This document shows, piece by piece, positions 36,803 to 46,880 of a DNA stretch of 64,000 nt (positions are counted from its first letter, which is position 1; every line of letters starts with the position of its first letter). The translations under genes and the position numbers were made by a program. The notes under the pieces were generated by a model, which was given only the letters and a program-made list of their open reading frames with translations, was not told the DNA's origin and searched no databases. This DNA is from Candidatus Gottesmanbacteria bacterium RIFCSPLOWO2_01_FULL_43_11b (lineage in GTDB: Bacteria > Patescibacteriota > Microgenomatia > UBA10105 > UBA927): NCBI GenBank assembly GCA_001780985.1, contig MFJV01000001.1:517099-581098 (forward strand), written 5' to 3'.

Positions 36803-36832
36803 GTGATATACATTACATAAAGGGGGACAAAC

Positions 36833-37252
36833 ATGAAAAAAGTTCTCATTGGATTGGTGGTTTTACTTATTGGTATTGGTGCAGGGTGGTTTGTGTTTGG
36901 TGGGAAGACGGAAACGCCAGAGAGCGCGATGCCTGTTCCAGGAACAACTGGCGTTACTGAAATGGTGGTCAACGAAGAACAATCGACAGTTACGTATACA
37001 GATACGGGCTATAGCCCAAAGGAAATTACCGTGAAACAGGGAACGACCGTAACATTCGTCAATCAGAGCAGCGGCGGTATGTGGACCGCATCAGCCATTC
37101 ACCCGACGCATCAGCTTCTGCCAGGGTTTGACCAGTTAGAGTCGGTTTCAAAGGGCGGGATGTACGAGTACACATTTGAAAAAGTTGGAACATGGAAATA
37201 CCACAACCATGTTAAGGCGACGGATACGGGGACGGTCGTAGTGACGGAGTAG
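36833..37252 (+). CDS. secreted cupredoxin-like domain protein (no Cys ligand)
   Basis: Signal anchor, then a beta-rich domain with His-containing motifs (HPTHQ, YHNHVKATDTGTVVVTE) resembling a cupredoxin/plastocyanin-like fold. The canonical Cys is absent, so copper binding is not assured. Confidence 0.45.
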   Translation: MKKVLIGLVVLLIGIGAGWFVFGGKTETPESAMPVPGTTGVTEMVVNEEQSTVTYTDTGYSPKEITVKQGTTVTFVNQSSGGMWTASAIHPTHQLLPGFDQLESVSKGGMYEYTFEKVGTWKYHNHVKATDTGTVVVTE

Positions 37253-39338
37253 GAATTGGAGTACAGTGACCGGAGGAGGGTTCGGTTCCTCTGATAAAAT
37301 ATTCCGCTCTTCCGTAGTAGCAGGGAATGCTTACAATTGTTTCCGGCATTGGGAATGGTTCATCTGACTTGTCTTTTAAAAGATTTATCATAATATCATG
37401 CCAAATAGGAGCTGCTCCGGTAACTCCAGATGTTAAGGTCGGATGCATGGGGGAGTTATCGTTATTTCCCACCCACACAGTAACCACAGAGGAAGGGGTA
37501 TACCCAATAGTCCAATTATCCCGTTTGTCGTTGCTCGTTCCTGTTTTGACCGCAACGGTTTTGCCTGGAATTTGAAGAAGCGAGTTTGTACCGAACGCCG
37601 AAGTCCGCGCCTGGTTATCACTTAAAATATTGGTAAGAATCCAGGCAACGTCAGTTTTAACGGCGGATAAAGTTTTTTGAGAATGATTTCGTTCAAGCAC
37701 TCTGCCGGTGTAGTCGGTAATTTCAAGAATTGGTTGGAGATCAACACGGTTTCCAAGGTTGGCAAGCGTTCCGAATACCTCTGCCATATCGAGCATTGTT
37801 ACCTCACCGCCGCCGAGTGTTAAAGCAAGGCCATAGCGGTTTTCATCCTGCCATGAATCAATTCCCATCATTCGTCCTTTTTCGATCATTTTGGAAACAC
37901 CGATTTTAGCGAGTGTTTTGACCGCCGGGACATTGTATGAATTTCCCAAAGCGTAGCGGAGCGGAATCGTACCGTGAAACCGACCGTCATAATTAACCGG
38001 CGCGTAGGTGGGACTGCCGGGTGTAGTGTATGAAACCGGACTGTCGGTGATAAGTGTTGCCGCGGAAAAACCGGACTCGAGCGCTGCTGCATAGTTGACT
38101 ACTTTAATTGCGCTTCCTGGTTGTTGAAGGCTCGTTGTCACATTGACGTTCCCCTGCTTTTCCATATCAAAATAATCTCGGCTGCCGACCATTGCTAAAA
38201 TTTCACCGTTTTTTGGATTTGTTATCAGGGCTGCACCATTACCAACAGCGAGTCCTGAAAGCGAGTCAATGTGTGTTTGTACAACTATTTCGGCCATTTC
38301 CTGCAGTCCACTATCGAGAGTCGTTTTGACCCGAAGTCCACCGCGTTGGACGAGTCGGGAACCATAGCGGGCCTCGAGCATTTCCTTGATGTACATGACA
38401 AAATGCGGTGCGCGTATTCCATTGTGCGGAGGCAGAATGTGAATTTGAGTGGCAAGTGCAATACCCGCTTCTTCATCGCTCACATACCCATCCTCAACCA
38501 TCCTGCGCAAAACTTCCCGTTGGCGATGCATTGCGCTTTCGAATCCGGCGCTATAGGGTGAATAGGTCGTTGGTGCTGCAGGAAGTCCTGCAAGAAGCGC
38601 TGCTTCTGCGAGATTTACGTCACTTACTGATTTACCAAGATACATTTGTGCGGCTGCCTCAATTCCCCAGGAGGTTCCCCCGTAGGGAACTTGATTTAAG
38701 TACATTTCAAGGATTTGTTCTTTGGTGTAGAGTCGCTCAGCCCAGAACGCAAGGAGCATCTCTTTTATTTTTCGAGAGACAGTTACTTCTGGAGTGAGCA
38801 ATGCTGATTTAATGAGTTGTTGGGTAATGGTGGATCCTCCCTGAATGTTTTTATTGAGCACTATTTCTTTGATTGCGCGGAGGATTCCCCGGAGAGAGAT
38901 ACCGTTATGGAGGTAAAAATCTTTGTCTTCTATGGCAATGGTTGCGTTCTGAATAGAGAGGGGAATGTCGGAAAGCGACATAGGGGTTCGGTTTTGGTCA
39001 GAGTAAATTTCATAAAGAAGTACCCCGTTTCGATCGAAAATTTTTGTTGCGACAGAGATATCACGTTTCGTAAGAAGTGTGGGGTTAGGCAATGTTCGTA
39101 ACCACCACCAGGAACTGTAGGGAATAAAAAGAAAAATGAAGCAGAAAAGCACCCCTATTAGGAACCACCGTGTTTTGTCTGATGGAGGAAGAGGGCGAGG
39201 GTAGATTCGGACAAAGCGCTTTCTTTTCCATTTGGGAAATTTTGGCAGTCGGAGTTTTTTTAATACATACAGTACTCCATCACCTATGGCAACGAGGATG
39301 AGCGGGACGAACATTAAAACTTCGCCCAACAACTTCAT
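37212..39338 (-). CDS. class A penicillin-binding protein (PBP1A; glycosyltransferase GT51 + transpeptidase)
   Basis: GT51 motifs EDKDFYLHNGI, GGSTITQQL and RKIKE. Transpeptidase motifs SAIK (SxxK), SYN (SxN) and KTGTS (KTG). Confidence 0.9.
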   Translation of the reverse strand: MKLLGEVLMFVPLILVAIGDGVLYVLKKLRLPKFPKWKRKRFVRIYPRPLPPSDKTRWFLIGVLFCFIFLFIPYSSWWWLRTLPNPTLLTKRDISVATKIFDRNGVLLYEIYSDQNRTPMSLSDIPLSIQNATIAIEDKDFYLHNGISLRGILRAIKEIVLNKNIQGGSTITQQLIKSALLTPEVTVSRKIKEMLLAFWAERLYTKEQILEMYLNQVPYGGTSWGIEAAAQMYLGKSVSDVNLAEAALLAGLPAAPTTYSPYSAGFESAMHRQREVLRRMVEDGYVSDEEAGIALATQIHILPPHNGIRAPHFVMYIKEMLEARYGSRLVQRGGLRVKTTLDSGLQEMAEIVVQTHIDSLSGLAVGNGAALITNPKNGEILAMVGSRDYFDMEKQGNVNVTTSLQQPGSAIKVVNYAAALESGFSAATLITDSPVSYTTPGSPTYAPVNYDGRFHGTIPLRYALGNSYNVPAVKTLAKIGVSKMIEKGRMMGIDSWQDENRYGLALTLGGGEVTMLDMAEVFGTLANLGNRVDLQPILEITDYTGRVLERNHSQKTLSAVKTDVAWILTNILSDNQARTSAFGTNSLLQIPGKTVAVKTGTSNDKRDNWTIGYTPSSVVTVWVGNNDNSPMHPTLTSGVTGAAPIWHDIMINLLKDKSDEPFPMPETIVSIPCYYGRAEYFIRGTEPSSGHCTPIPTPSLRPSPYPSP

Positions 39339-39734
39339 TGGTTTAGAATATTGACTACTGCGATGGCAGGGGAATAAATGCGTGCTAGTTATAGCATGAG
39401 TTAGCTTCGGTCACAAGAGGAGAGAAGAGGATTAAACGCCGCCTTGGCGCATTTGTTGTAGGGCAGAATCAGCTTGTTTTCTAATTTGTGTCATTTGATA
39501 AAGAATATCGTGAACCTTAAGCCGTTCCTCTTGAGCCTCATTTTTATATTTTGATGCAAGTGCTTCGTTTCTTTGAAAGTGCAGATGGGCAGCTATTGAG
39601 GTTGCAACGCTTGCTCGATTAGCTGCTTTTTTAGCGTCTTGAGGAAGAGATAGGTTAAGACCACCTCAACGCCTTTTATAATTTACTTAATGAGTATTGA
39701 TTTTTCTTCGGGGTGGGGGCAGTCGAGGCACCAA

Positions 39735-40064
39735 CTACACGATCGTTTTGCCGTATCTTCGGATTTCAGCAGCCAGCGGATCCCACTTGTCAGTAAGGTC
39801 TTTTGGGTTATATGGGTGGGGCTCTATCATTGTGTTGACTGAGATTGTTAATTTTGCTAAACGAACCATTTCCGAAAAAGGTTTTTTGCCAAATTTTGGA
39901 GAAACAACGCATACGTCAATATCACTCCACGGTTTGGCTGTTCCTCTTGCATAGGAACCAAAGAGAATCATTCGTTTGACCGGAATACCATTGTCAGTTA
40001 AGACCGTTTTGTAACGCCGGATGAGATTTTCCGGTGTGTCGTTTAATAGAGTTTTTGTATCCAT
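39735..40064 (-). CDS. nucleotidyltransferase (MNT) domain protein, HEPN/MNT module
   Basis: ILFGSYARGTAKPWSDIDVCVV matches the GSx(9-13)Dx[DE] minimal nucleotidyltransferase motif. It overlaps the HEPN gene. Confidence 0.75.
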   Translation of the reverse strand: MDTKTLLNDTPENLIRRYKTVLTDNGIPVKRMILFGSYARGTAKPWSDIDVCVVSPKFGKKPFSEMVRLAKLTISVNTMIEPHPYNPKDLTDKWDPLAAEIRRYGKTIV

Positions 40065-40447
40065 ACAAAATATTCCTCAATGATTTTAACCCATTTTTCG
40101 GCATACGATTCGGTCGCTTCTTTATAAAATTCATATTTTACATCGTCATAGCGAGCTACAATATGAAAGCGTGTGATTGTAGTTAAATTAGCTGTTTTAT
40201 TTGTATCAAAAGAGAGCCTCGCGGCTTTTGCCAGCTGTACGAGGTTATGGACTGGCGGAGGAAGTTTTCCTGTCCTTTTCACAACTAATCCTTTAAGAAG
40301 TTTTTCCAATGCCAACTGTCCCATAAATAGAGCCCAGTCGTAGTGGCCCAGTTTCATCATATCGCGAGCGACGTCAAAATTTTTTCTCCCGCTTTCTTTC
40401 CACCGTTTTATGACATCAATCTTTGTCATAACGCAATTGTAGCACAC
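40043..40447 (-). CDS. HEPN-domain protein, HEPN/MNT module
   Basis: 134 aa helical protein upstream of and overlapping the MNT gene. The segment ITRFHIVARYDD lies in the position of the HEPN Rx4-6H region. The typical HEPN-MNT gene pair arrangement is present. Confidence 0.65.
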   Translation of the reverse strand: MCYNCVMTKIDVIKRWKESGRKNFDVARDMMKLGHYDWALFMGQLALEKLLKGLVVKRTGKLPPPVHNLVQLAKAARLSFDTNKTANLTTITRFHIVARYDDVKYEFYKEATESYAEKWVKIIEEYFVWIQKLY

Positions 40448-40499
40448 TAAATTTTGTCTTTCTACCGCCCCACTTGCATTTTAGAGAATAGAGTAAAAG

Positions 40500-42677
40500 T
40501 TACTTTATAAGAATCGGTTTGGTTTCGTCGTGGACACAATCAAGGCACCAGGTGGTGCCGAGGGCATCGCGGACAACTTGGTGTTCTTGAATCTCAACAT
40601 TGGCGTCGGGTTTATTCGGTTCCACGATATCACTGGTGTCTTTATCGATGATGACCTGCTGTTTTATGTTTTCTACCTCCGCAGGAACGGTTCCTTTAAT
40701 AAAAAATTCTGTACGTACTGCACATTGTCCTTCACCGGCAGGCAAGAGTCCTGATAATTCGCAAATTTGAGCGTTCACAATATTCTCGGGTTGTTTCGGC
40801 CAGATATCCGCTTTTCCTTCCAGGACTTTGTGCATAAGTTTATTCCATATTGGAGCAGCCCCGGTGATACCGGAGACAAGCGCTTGGTTCATGGGTGTGT
40901 TGTCGTTATTACCCACCCAGGTGACGGTAAGGTATTGCGGGGTATAGCCGACAGTCCAGTTGTCCCGGAGGTCATCGGTTGTTCCGGTTTTTACTGATAC
41001 AGCGTGGCCCGGGATAACGAGTGATGAACCTGATCCGAATGCAGCAGATCGAGCATTGTTATCAAGGAGGATATGAGACATGAGAAATGCAGTTTCTGTT
41101 GAAACTACCCGCTCTCCAGTGAGAAGCAATTGGGAAGGGACGTCTTTATCAAGATTAGGATCTTTATATTCGTCTAAGATTTTTCCGTCTTTATCAATAA
41201 CTTTCAAAATTGCAACAAGATCATGGCGAATACCTGCATTCGCAAAAACAGAAAATGCTTCTGCCATATCAGTCATACGAACTTCACCGCCTCCAAGTGT
41301 TAACGAAAGTCCATAACGAGCCGGATCGGTAATCGTATCGAGCCCGAATGCTGAGGCTGAGGCAACCATCGTGTGGACAGAGTTAAGGTAGAGCATTTTG
41401 ACCGCGGGAATGTTATACGAATTGCCTAGAGCAAAACGGGCTTGGACAGGACCATGAAATTTTCCATCGTAATTTTTTGGGCAGTAAGCAGGTTGATTGA
41501 TATTTGCAAAGCAACTGGGAATATCCAGAAACATGGTCGCCAGCGTAATCTCACGGTTTTCAATTCCGATTGCGTAATTAATTGGTTTAATGGATGAGCC
41601 GGGCTGTCGGAGACCGGTCGTTACATTAAAGCTTCCTGATGGACTTGCGAAGTAATCCGTAGAGCCAACCATTGCTAAAATTTCTCCTGTTGCCGGTTTG
41701 GTAATAAGCGCAGCTCCATTTGTTACGCGTAAACTCATGAGTTTTTCAACTTCTGCAGAAACCGTTGTCTGTGCATACTCCTGGAGATCAAGATCGAGGG
41801 TTGTTGTAACCTTAAGTCCACCACGTTCAACTAGCGCTTCTCCAAATTGATCCACCAGGAGTTGTTTAACATACATGACAAAATGCGGTGCTTTAATTCC
41901 CGTTTCTTGCTTAAAGGTAAATTCTTGCTTTGATGCGTTGTCAGCCTCTTCTTGTGTAATATACCCATCCTCCACCATGCGTCGTAAAACTTCTTGTTGT
42001 CGAGTTTTAGATAGTTCTGGATAGGCCCCATATGGAGAATAAAGTGTTGGTGCTTGCGGGAGACCGGCAAGAAGTGCTGCTTCGGCAAGCGTCAGTTCAC
42101 CGACTGATTTGTCAAAATATTTTTCCGATGCTGTTTCAATACCCCAGGCAGTACCGCCATAGGGGACTTGATTTAGGTAGAGCTCAAGAATTTTATTTTT
42201 TGGGTAGAGCATTTCTACCCAGAAGGCGAGAATTATTTCCTTAATTTTTCGTGTGACCGTTCTTTCCGGAGTAAGGAGAGCGGATTTAACAAGTTGTTGG
42301 GTGATAGTCGATCCTCCCTGGAGCCGCTTACCGGTAATTGTTGCATAGAGCGCCCGAAGCATCCCACCAATGGGGTTAATTCCGCCATGCCTGTAGAAAT
42401 CCTTGTCTTCTATGGCGATTGTTGCCTGCTGTACGTAGTCGGGGATATCAGAGAGAGCCACCGGCGTTCTGTTTTCTTCAGCAAAAATATCAAATAAGAG
42501 ATTTCCATTACGGTCATAAATTTTAGTTGAAAGCGGAATATCGTACGCACCGAGTTTTGTGGGAGATGGGAGATCTTTCAAGATAAGAAGATATGAAAAG
42601 AGAACAAGGGCAATCGGCAGGAGCCAAAATAAATACGGCAACCGCTTCCTCCACTTTTTTAGTATAGTAATTCGCAT
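40500..42677 (-). CDS. class A penicillin-binding protein (PBP1A) paralogue
   Basis: EDKDFYRHGGI, GGSTITQQL, SSIK, SYN and KTGTT. About 60% identical by eye to 37212..39338 over the N-terminal 250 aa. Confidence 0.9.
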   Translation of the reverse strand: MRITILKKWRKRLPYLFWLLPIALVLFSYLLILKDLPSPTKLGAYDIPLSTKIYDRNGNLLFDIFAEENRTPVALSDIPDYVQQATIAIEDKDFYRHGGINPIGGMLRALYATITGKRLQGGSTITQQLVKSALLTPERTVTRKIKEIILAFWVEMLYPKNKILELYLNQVPYGGTAWGIETASEKYFDKSVGELTLAEAALLAGLPQAPTLYSPYGAYPELSKTRQQEVLRRMVEDGYITQEEADNASKQEFTFKQETGIKAPHFVMYVKQLLVDQFGEALVERGGLKVTTTLDLDLQEYAQTTVSAEVEKLMSLRVTNGAALITKPATGEILAMVGSTDYFASPSGSFNVTTGLRQPGSSIKPINYAIGIENREITLATMFLDIPSCFANINQPAYCPKNYDGKFHGPVQARFALGNSYNIPAVKMLYLNSVHTMVASASAFGLDTITDPARYGLSLTLGGGEVRMTDMAEAFSVFANAGIRHDLVAILKVIDKDGKILDEYKDPNLDKDVPSQLLLTGERVVSTETAFLMSHILLDNNARSAAFGSGSSLVIPGHAVSVKTGTTDDLRDNWTVGYTPQYLTVTWVGNNDNTPMNQALVSGITGAAPIWNKLMHKVLEGKADIWPKQPENIVNAQICELSGLLPAGEGQCAVRTEFFIKGTVPAEVENIKQQVIIDKDTSDIVEPNKPDANVEIQEHQVVRDALGTTWCLDCVHDETKPILIK

Positions 42678-42700
42678 GAGTGTATTATATAATACTTTCT

Positions 42701-43303
42701 ATGTTTTCCCTTCCCGGCCTTCCTTATCCATATAACGCACTGGAACCATACATTGATGAAAAAACCATGCAGATTCACCACGACAAGCATCACGGGGCCT
42801 ACGTCAAAAACCTCAACGACGCACTTGCTGGAAATGACGCTCTTCTTGCAATACCCATCGAAAACATTTTGAAGAATCTAAATCAGGTGCCGGAAGCAGT
42901 TCGCACCAAAGTGAGAAATAACGGCGGCGGACATGCAAATCACAGTCTATTTTGGCAAATTATGGCTCCTAAAACTGGAGGAGCGCCAAGTGGAGAAATC
43001 GCAAAAGTGATTGATCGTGATTTTGGAAATTTTGCTGCATTTGTGGAGAAATTTTCATCTGCCGGCATGGGTCGATTCGGAAGCGGATGGGTGTGGCTAA
43101 TCAATGATGCGGGGAAACTTTCAATAGTTGATACTCCTAATCAAGATACCCCCTTGATGGAAAATAAAGTTCCCATTTTAGGTCTCGATGTATGGGAGCA
43201 TGCGTATTACTTAAAATACCAAAATCTCCGCGCTGATTACATTAAAGCGTGGTGGAATGTGGTTAATTGGCAGGAAGTAGTTAAACGTTTTGCCTCTGTA
43301 TAA
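42701..43303 (+). CDS. sodA: Fe/Mn superoxide dismutase
   Basis: LPYPYNALEPYIDEKTMQIHHDKHH, then DVWEHAYYL. Start is taken at the ATG at 42701 (MFSLPGLPYPY). Confidence 0.9.
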   Translation: MFSLPGLPYPYNALEPYIDEKTMQIHHDKHHGAYVKNLNDALAGNDALLAIPIENILKNLNQVPEAVRTKVRNNGGGHANHSLFWQIMAPKTGGAPSGEIAKVIDRDFGNFAAFVEKFSSAGMGRFGSGWVWLINDAGKLSIVDTPNQDTPLMENKVPILGLDVWEHAYYLKYQNLRADYIKAWWNVVNWQEVVKRFASV

Positions 43304-43309
43304 TTTTTC

Positions 43310-44047
43310 ATGAAGATCGCCGATCCTCTGGCTCTCAAGGCTAAACTCCCCAAATCTATTATCGTCTTCGCTGCTAGTCAACTCAACGGAGATCGGGAAA
43401 CACAGGAAGATTTTTTTGAGAATTACAATGACGAATGTTTCGTCCTTGCAGACGGAGTCGGAGGTATTCCAAACGGAGAAATTGCTGCAAAAATTGCAGT
43501 CGAAACAGCAATCTGGGGTTATAAACTCATTCGTCAGCGTTCCTTTTATTGGCAGGATAAAAAACTATTCATGAAACGCATTTTTCGGTCAACCAACATT
43601 GCTCTTTGGCAAAAAAAGAGAGAAACGGGATTTGAGGAGGGGTTAGCAACAACACTCGAAGTACTTGTTGTTGGGGACCGGATTTTTTGGCTGGGTCATG
43701 TAGGAGATAGCAGTAGCTGGTTATTGCATAACGATACGTTTACAAAATTGACAATTGATGATGCTGATACGCATGGATACCTGACAAAAGTAGTTGGCAC
43801 AAAGCGCTATGGTCTCATTCCGCAGTATATAACAGGACTTTTTTTGCCCGGAGACACAATGGTTATAGTTTCAGACGGAGTGACGTCTGCTCTTGATAAA
43901 GAATCGATAAAAAAAATCATTCGTGATAGCGGAAATACAACAGAGTCCATCACAAAAACCGTGCTTGAGCTCCTCAAAAAAGCAGAAGATCAGGGGGGGA
44001 CAGACAATATGACAGCAATTATAGTTAAGCGCATCGCTACCAGGTAG
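43310..44047 (+). CDS. PP2C-family serine/threonine protein phosphatase
   Basis: Motifs LADGVGG, GDS and GGTDNMTAI. Confidence 0.85.
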   Translation: MKIADPLALKAKLPKSIIVFAASQLNGDRETQEDFFENYNDECFVLADGVGGIPNGEIAAKIAVETAIWGYKLIRQRSFYWQDKKLFMKRIFRSTNIALWQKKRETGFEEGLATTLEVLVVGDRIFWLGHVGDSSSWLLHNDTFTKLTIDDADTHGYLTKVVGTKRYGLIPQYITGLFLPGDTMVIVSDGVTSALDKESIKKIIRDSGNTTESITKTVLELLKKAEDQGGTDNMTAIIVKRIATR

Positions 44048-44062
44048 TATATACTAATATAT

Positions 44063-45547
44063 ATGCCTGCCGAATTTTTTGGATCACTTTCCAATCATAA
44101 AACTCCTCCGACGTATAAATTTTTTAACGGAAATGAGTGGGTGGAAAGTAAGAGTAAAAAAACAACAGACGTTATTTCTCCGATAGATAATCATGTTGTC
44201 GGTAAGCTTCAGGTCGTGACAACAAAAGAAATTGATGAAGTAATCGAAAAAGCAAAGCGAGCACAACGCCAATGGGAAGCAACGCCCCTCAATCAGCGGA
44301 TAAAAATCATGCATCTCGTTGCAGATTGGATTCGGCATTTTGAGCAGTATCTTACCTCGCTCCTTACTGCCGAAATTGGCAAAACACATGATGAGGCAAA
44401 AGGGGAAATTGTACGGACTGCAGATCTTATTGATTACTTTGCCGACGAAGCCCAATCCTTAAAAGGAGAAACGCTCGATAGCGACAATTTTCCGGGATTT
44501 GAAAAAGGAAGAATTGCGATGATAGAGCGGGTAGCGTATGGAGTAGTTTTAGCAATTGCACCGTTTAATTATCCAGTTAATTTATCCGCAAGTAAAATTG
44601 CGCCAGCGTTACTTATGGGCAACAGCGTTGTCTTCAAACCTCCAACTCAAGGGGGGATAGCAGGAATTCATTTGGCACGGATTTTTGAAAAATCCGGAAT
44701 TCCGGACGGAATATTTTCCTGTGTGACCGGAGGAGGCAGCGACGTCGGGAATTATCTTGTCTCACATGATGACATTGATTTGGTGACATTCACCGGTAGT
44801 TCCGACACAGGAGTGGCGATTGCGGCAAAAGCAAAAATGGTGCCGCTTGTTTTTGAGTGCGGCGGCAATAATCCTGCAGTTATTTTGCCTGACGCAGACT
44901 TACACCTTGCTGCACGGGAAATTGTCAAAGGGGGATTTTCATACGCCGGGCAACGATGTACCGCAATTAAGTATGTGTTGGGAACGAAAAAAATTCTTGA
45001 CCAACTCCGCCCCATTATTTTGGAAACACTCAAAGACATGGTTAAACCAGGCGACCCGAGAAGTCCGGAAACAAAACTCGTCGGGCCGGTAATTTCAGAA
45101 TCAGCGGCAATTCATATAGAAGAGGTAATACAAGAAGCGGTCAAAGACGGAGCAAAAATTCTAACCGGCAGAAAAAGAAAAGGATCATTGATCGAACCAA
45201 CGATTCTTACGAGTGTAAAACCAGAAATGGCCGTTGTTAAAAAAGAACTTTTTGGGCCGATTGTCTCATTAATAGAGATTAAATCTATGGATGAGGCGAT
45301 TACTATCATTAATAATTCTTCCTATGGTCTCCAAGCATCTGTGTTTTCCCGCGATGAAGGGTCAGCGCTCAACTTCGCAAAATATCTCAAAGTCGGAACC
45401 GTGCAGATTAATGGTTCTCCCCAGCGCGGTCCTGATCACTTTCCGTTTTTGGGAGTCAAAAAATCCGGTGTCGGTGTCCAAGGTGTACGCTACAGCCTAG
45501 AGTCCATGTCCCGCCTGCGACCAATAGTTTTGAATAAACCCCAATAA
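44063..45547 (+). CDS. NAD(P)-dependent aldehyde dehydrogenase family protein (GapN-like)
   Basis: ALDH fold with FKPP, FTGS, the Glu-region FECGGNNP and the catalytic Cys in GQRCTA. Confidence 0.85.
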   Translation: MPAEFFGSLSNHKTPPTYKFFNGNEWVESKSKKTTDVISPIDNHVVGKLQVVTTKEIDEVIEKAKRAQRQWEATPLNQRIKIMHLVADWIRHFEQYLTSLLTAEIGKTHDEAKGEIVRTADLIDYFADEAQSLKGETLDSDNFPGFEKGRIAMIERVAYGVVLAIAPFNYPVNLSASKIAPALLMGNSVVFKPPTQGGIAGIHLARIFEKSGIPDGIFSCVTGGGSDVGNYLVSHDDIDLVTFTGSSDTGVAIAAKAKMVPLVFECGGNNPAVILPDADLHLAAREIVKGGFSYAGQRCTAIKYVLGTKKILDQLRPIILETLKDMVKPGDPRSPETKLVGPVISESAAIHIEEVIQEAVKDGAKILTGRKRKGSLIEPTILTSVKPEMAVVKKELFGPIVSLIEIKSMDEAITIINNSSYGLQASVFSRDEGSALNFAKYLKVGTVQINGSPQRGPDHFPFLGVKKSGVGVQGVRYSLESMSRLRPIVLNKPQ

Positions 45548-45572
45548 TCGTATATGATGCGAGCGTAGCAAT

Positions 45573-46880
45573 ATGGATGAAGGGCTGTTTGCATTATCTC
45601 CCTACGACGGTAGGTATCGAAGTATTGGGCAAGAACTTGCACCGTGGTTTTCTGAAGCAGGAATTATTAAAACCCGTATTGCTCTTGAACTATCTTACTT
45701 GACGTTACTTTCTCGTAAAAAAATAATTCGACCGTTCACTCGAATCGAAACCTCCTTCATAAAAAAATTTAATCCCGGGGCTTCTCAAATAAAAGAGATT
45801 GAAAAACGAACGCATCATGATGTCCAGGCGGCTGTTGTCTACCTCCAAACCATTCTTTCCAAATCAAGTCTTGCCGATATTTCCGATTTTGTTCATTTTG
45901 GTTTGACCAGTGAAGATATAAACAATATTACGTGGCGCACCAGCTTGATGAAAGCAAGAGAGAGCGTGCTCATTCCCTCACTGGAAAAACTGGTTGGTGT
46001 TTTTGGAGAACTTGCAAAGAAATATAAGAGCTTAGTTATGCTCGGACGAACTCATGGCCAACCAGCTGTTCCTACAACCTTCGGAAAAGAAATGATCAAT
46101 GTTGCCATACGTCTCCATGGACAAAAAAACAAACTCATCCACTTTCAATTTCAAGGAAAACTTAATGGCGCAGTAGGAAACTTTCATTCGATCGACCGAA
46201 TCGTAAGTGACACCTTCATTACAACACTTGGATTTTTGCCGCATCACTTTACCACGCAGGTGAATCCGAATGATGACGTGATTGAATATCTGCAGATTAT
46301 AGAAAGGATTAATAATATACTCCATGGATTTTCACAAGACATGTGGCGATATATCAGCGACGAGTGGGTTTTGCAAAAACCTCTGGGTGTCGGTTCTTCA
46401 ACAATGCCGCAAAAAATTAACCCCATTGATTTTGAACATAGCGAGGGAGCAACAGAGATTGCAAACGGACTTATCGGCGTTCTCGTGGAGCGCTTAGGGG
46501 AGTCTCGATTGCAAAGAGATTTATCTGATACTCCACTTTTTCGATTTTTAGGCGAGATTCATGCGGCAACAATTGATGCGCTCGGAAGAACTACAAGTGG
46601 CTTAGGGAGAATTGAACCAAACAAAAAAGTAATGCAGGAAATGTTAGAAAAAAACTGGGCAATTTTAGCAGAACCCCTCCAGTTACTTTTGAAAAAATCA
46701 CATAAGAAAGACGCATACGAAAAGGTAAAAAAATTAACCCAGGGAAAAACATTCACAAGAAAAAGTTGGGAGGAAATGGTTTATTCAATTGTTGGAAAGC
46801 ACGAGCCATTAACCCCGAGTACGTACATCGGGTTATCACGAGAATTAACAGAAGAAGGGTTGCGACTTATACAAAAATGA
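45573..46880 (+). CDS. purB: adenylosuccinate lyase
   Basis: Fumarate-lyase signature GSSTMPQKINPIDFE and the ASL N-terminal region GLTSEDINN. Confidence 0.9.
   Translation: MDEGLFALSPYDGRYRSIGQELAPWFSEAGIIKTRIALELSYLTLLSRKKIIRPFTRIETSFIKKFNPGASQIKEIEKRTHHDVQAAVVYLQTILSKSSLADISDFVHFGLTSEDINNITWRTSLMKARESVLIPSLEKLVGVFGELAKKYKSLVMLGRTHGQPAVPTTFGKEMINVAIRLHGQKNKLIHFQFQGKLNGAVGNFHSIDRIVSDTFITTLGFLPHHFTTQVNPNDDVIEYLQIIERINNILHGFSQDMWRYISDEWVLQKPLGVGSSTMPQKINPIDFEHSEGATEIANGLIGVLVERLGESRLQRDLSDTPLFRFLGEIHAATIDALGRTTSGLGRIEPNKKVMQEMLEKNWAILAEPLQLLLKKSHKKDAYEKVKKLTQGKTFTRKSWEEMVYSIVGKHEPLTPSTYIGLSRELTEEGLRLIQK

Noticed and set aside
46766-46876. N-terminal extension of purA
   Set aside because: It lies inside purB. 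The GDEGKGR P-loop follows the ATG at 46877, which overlaps the purB stop.
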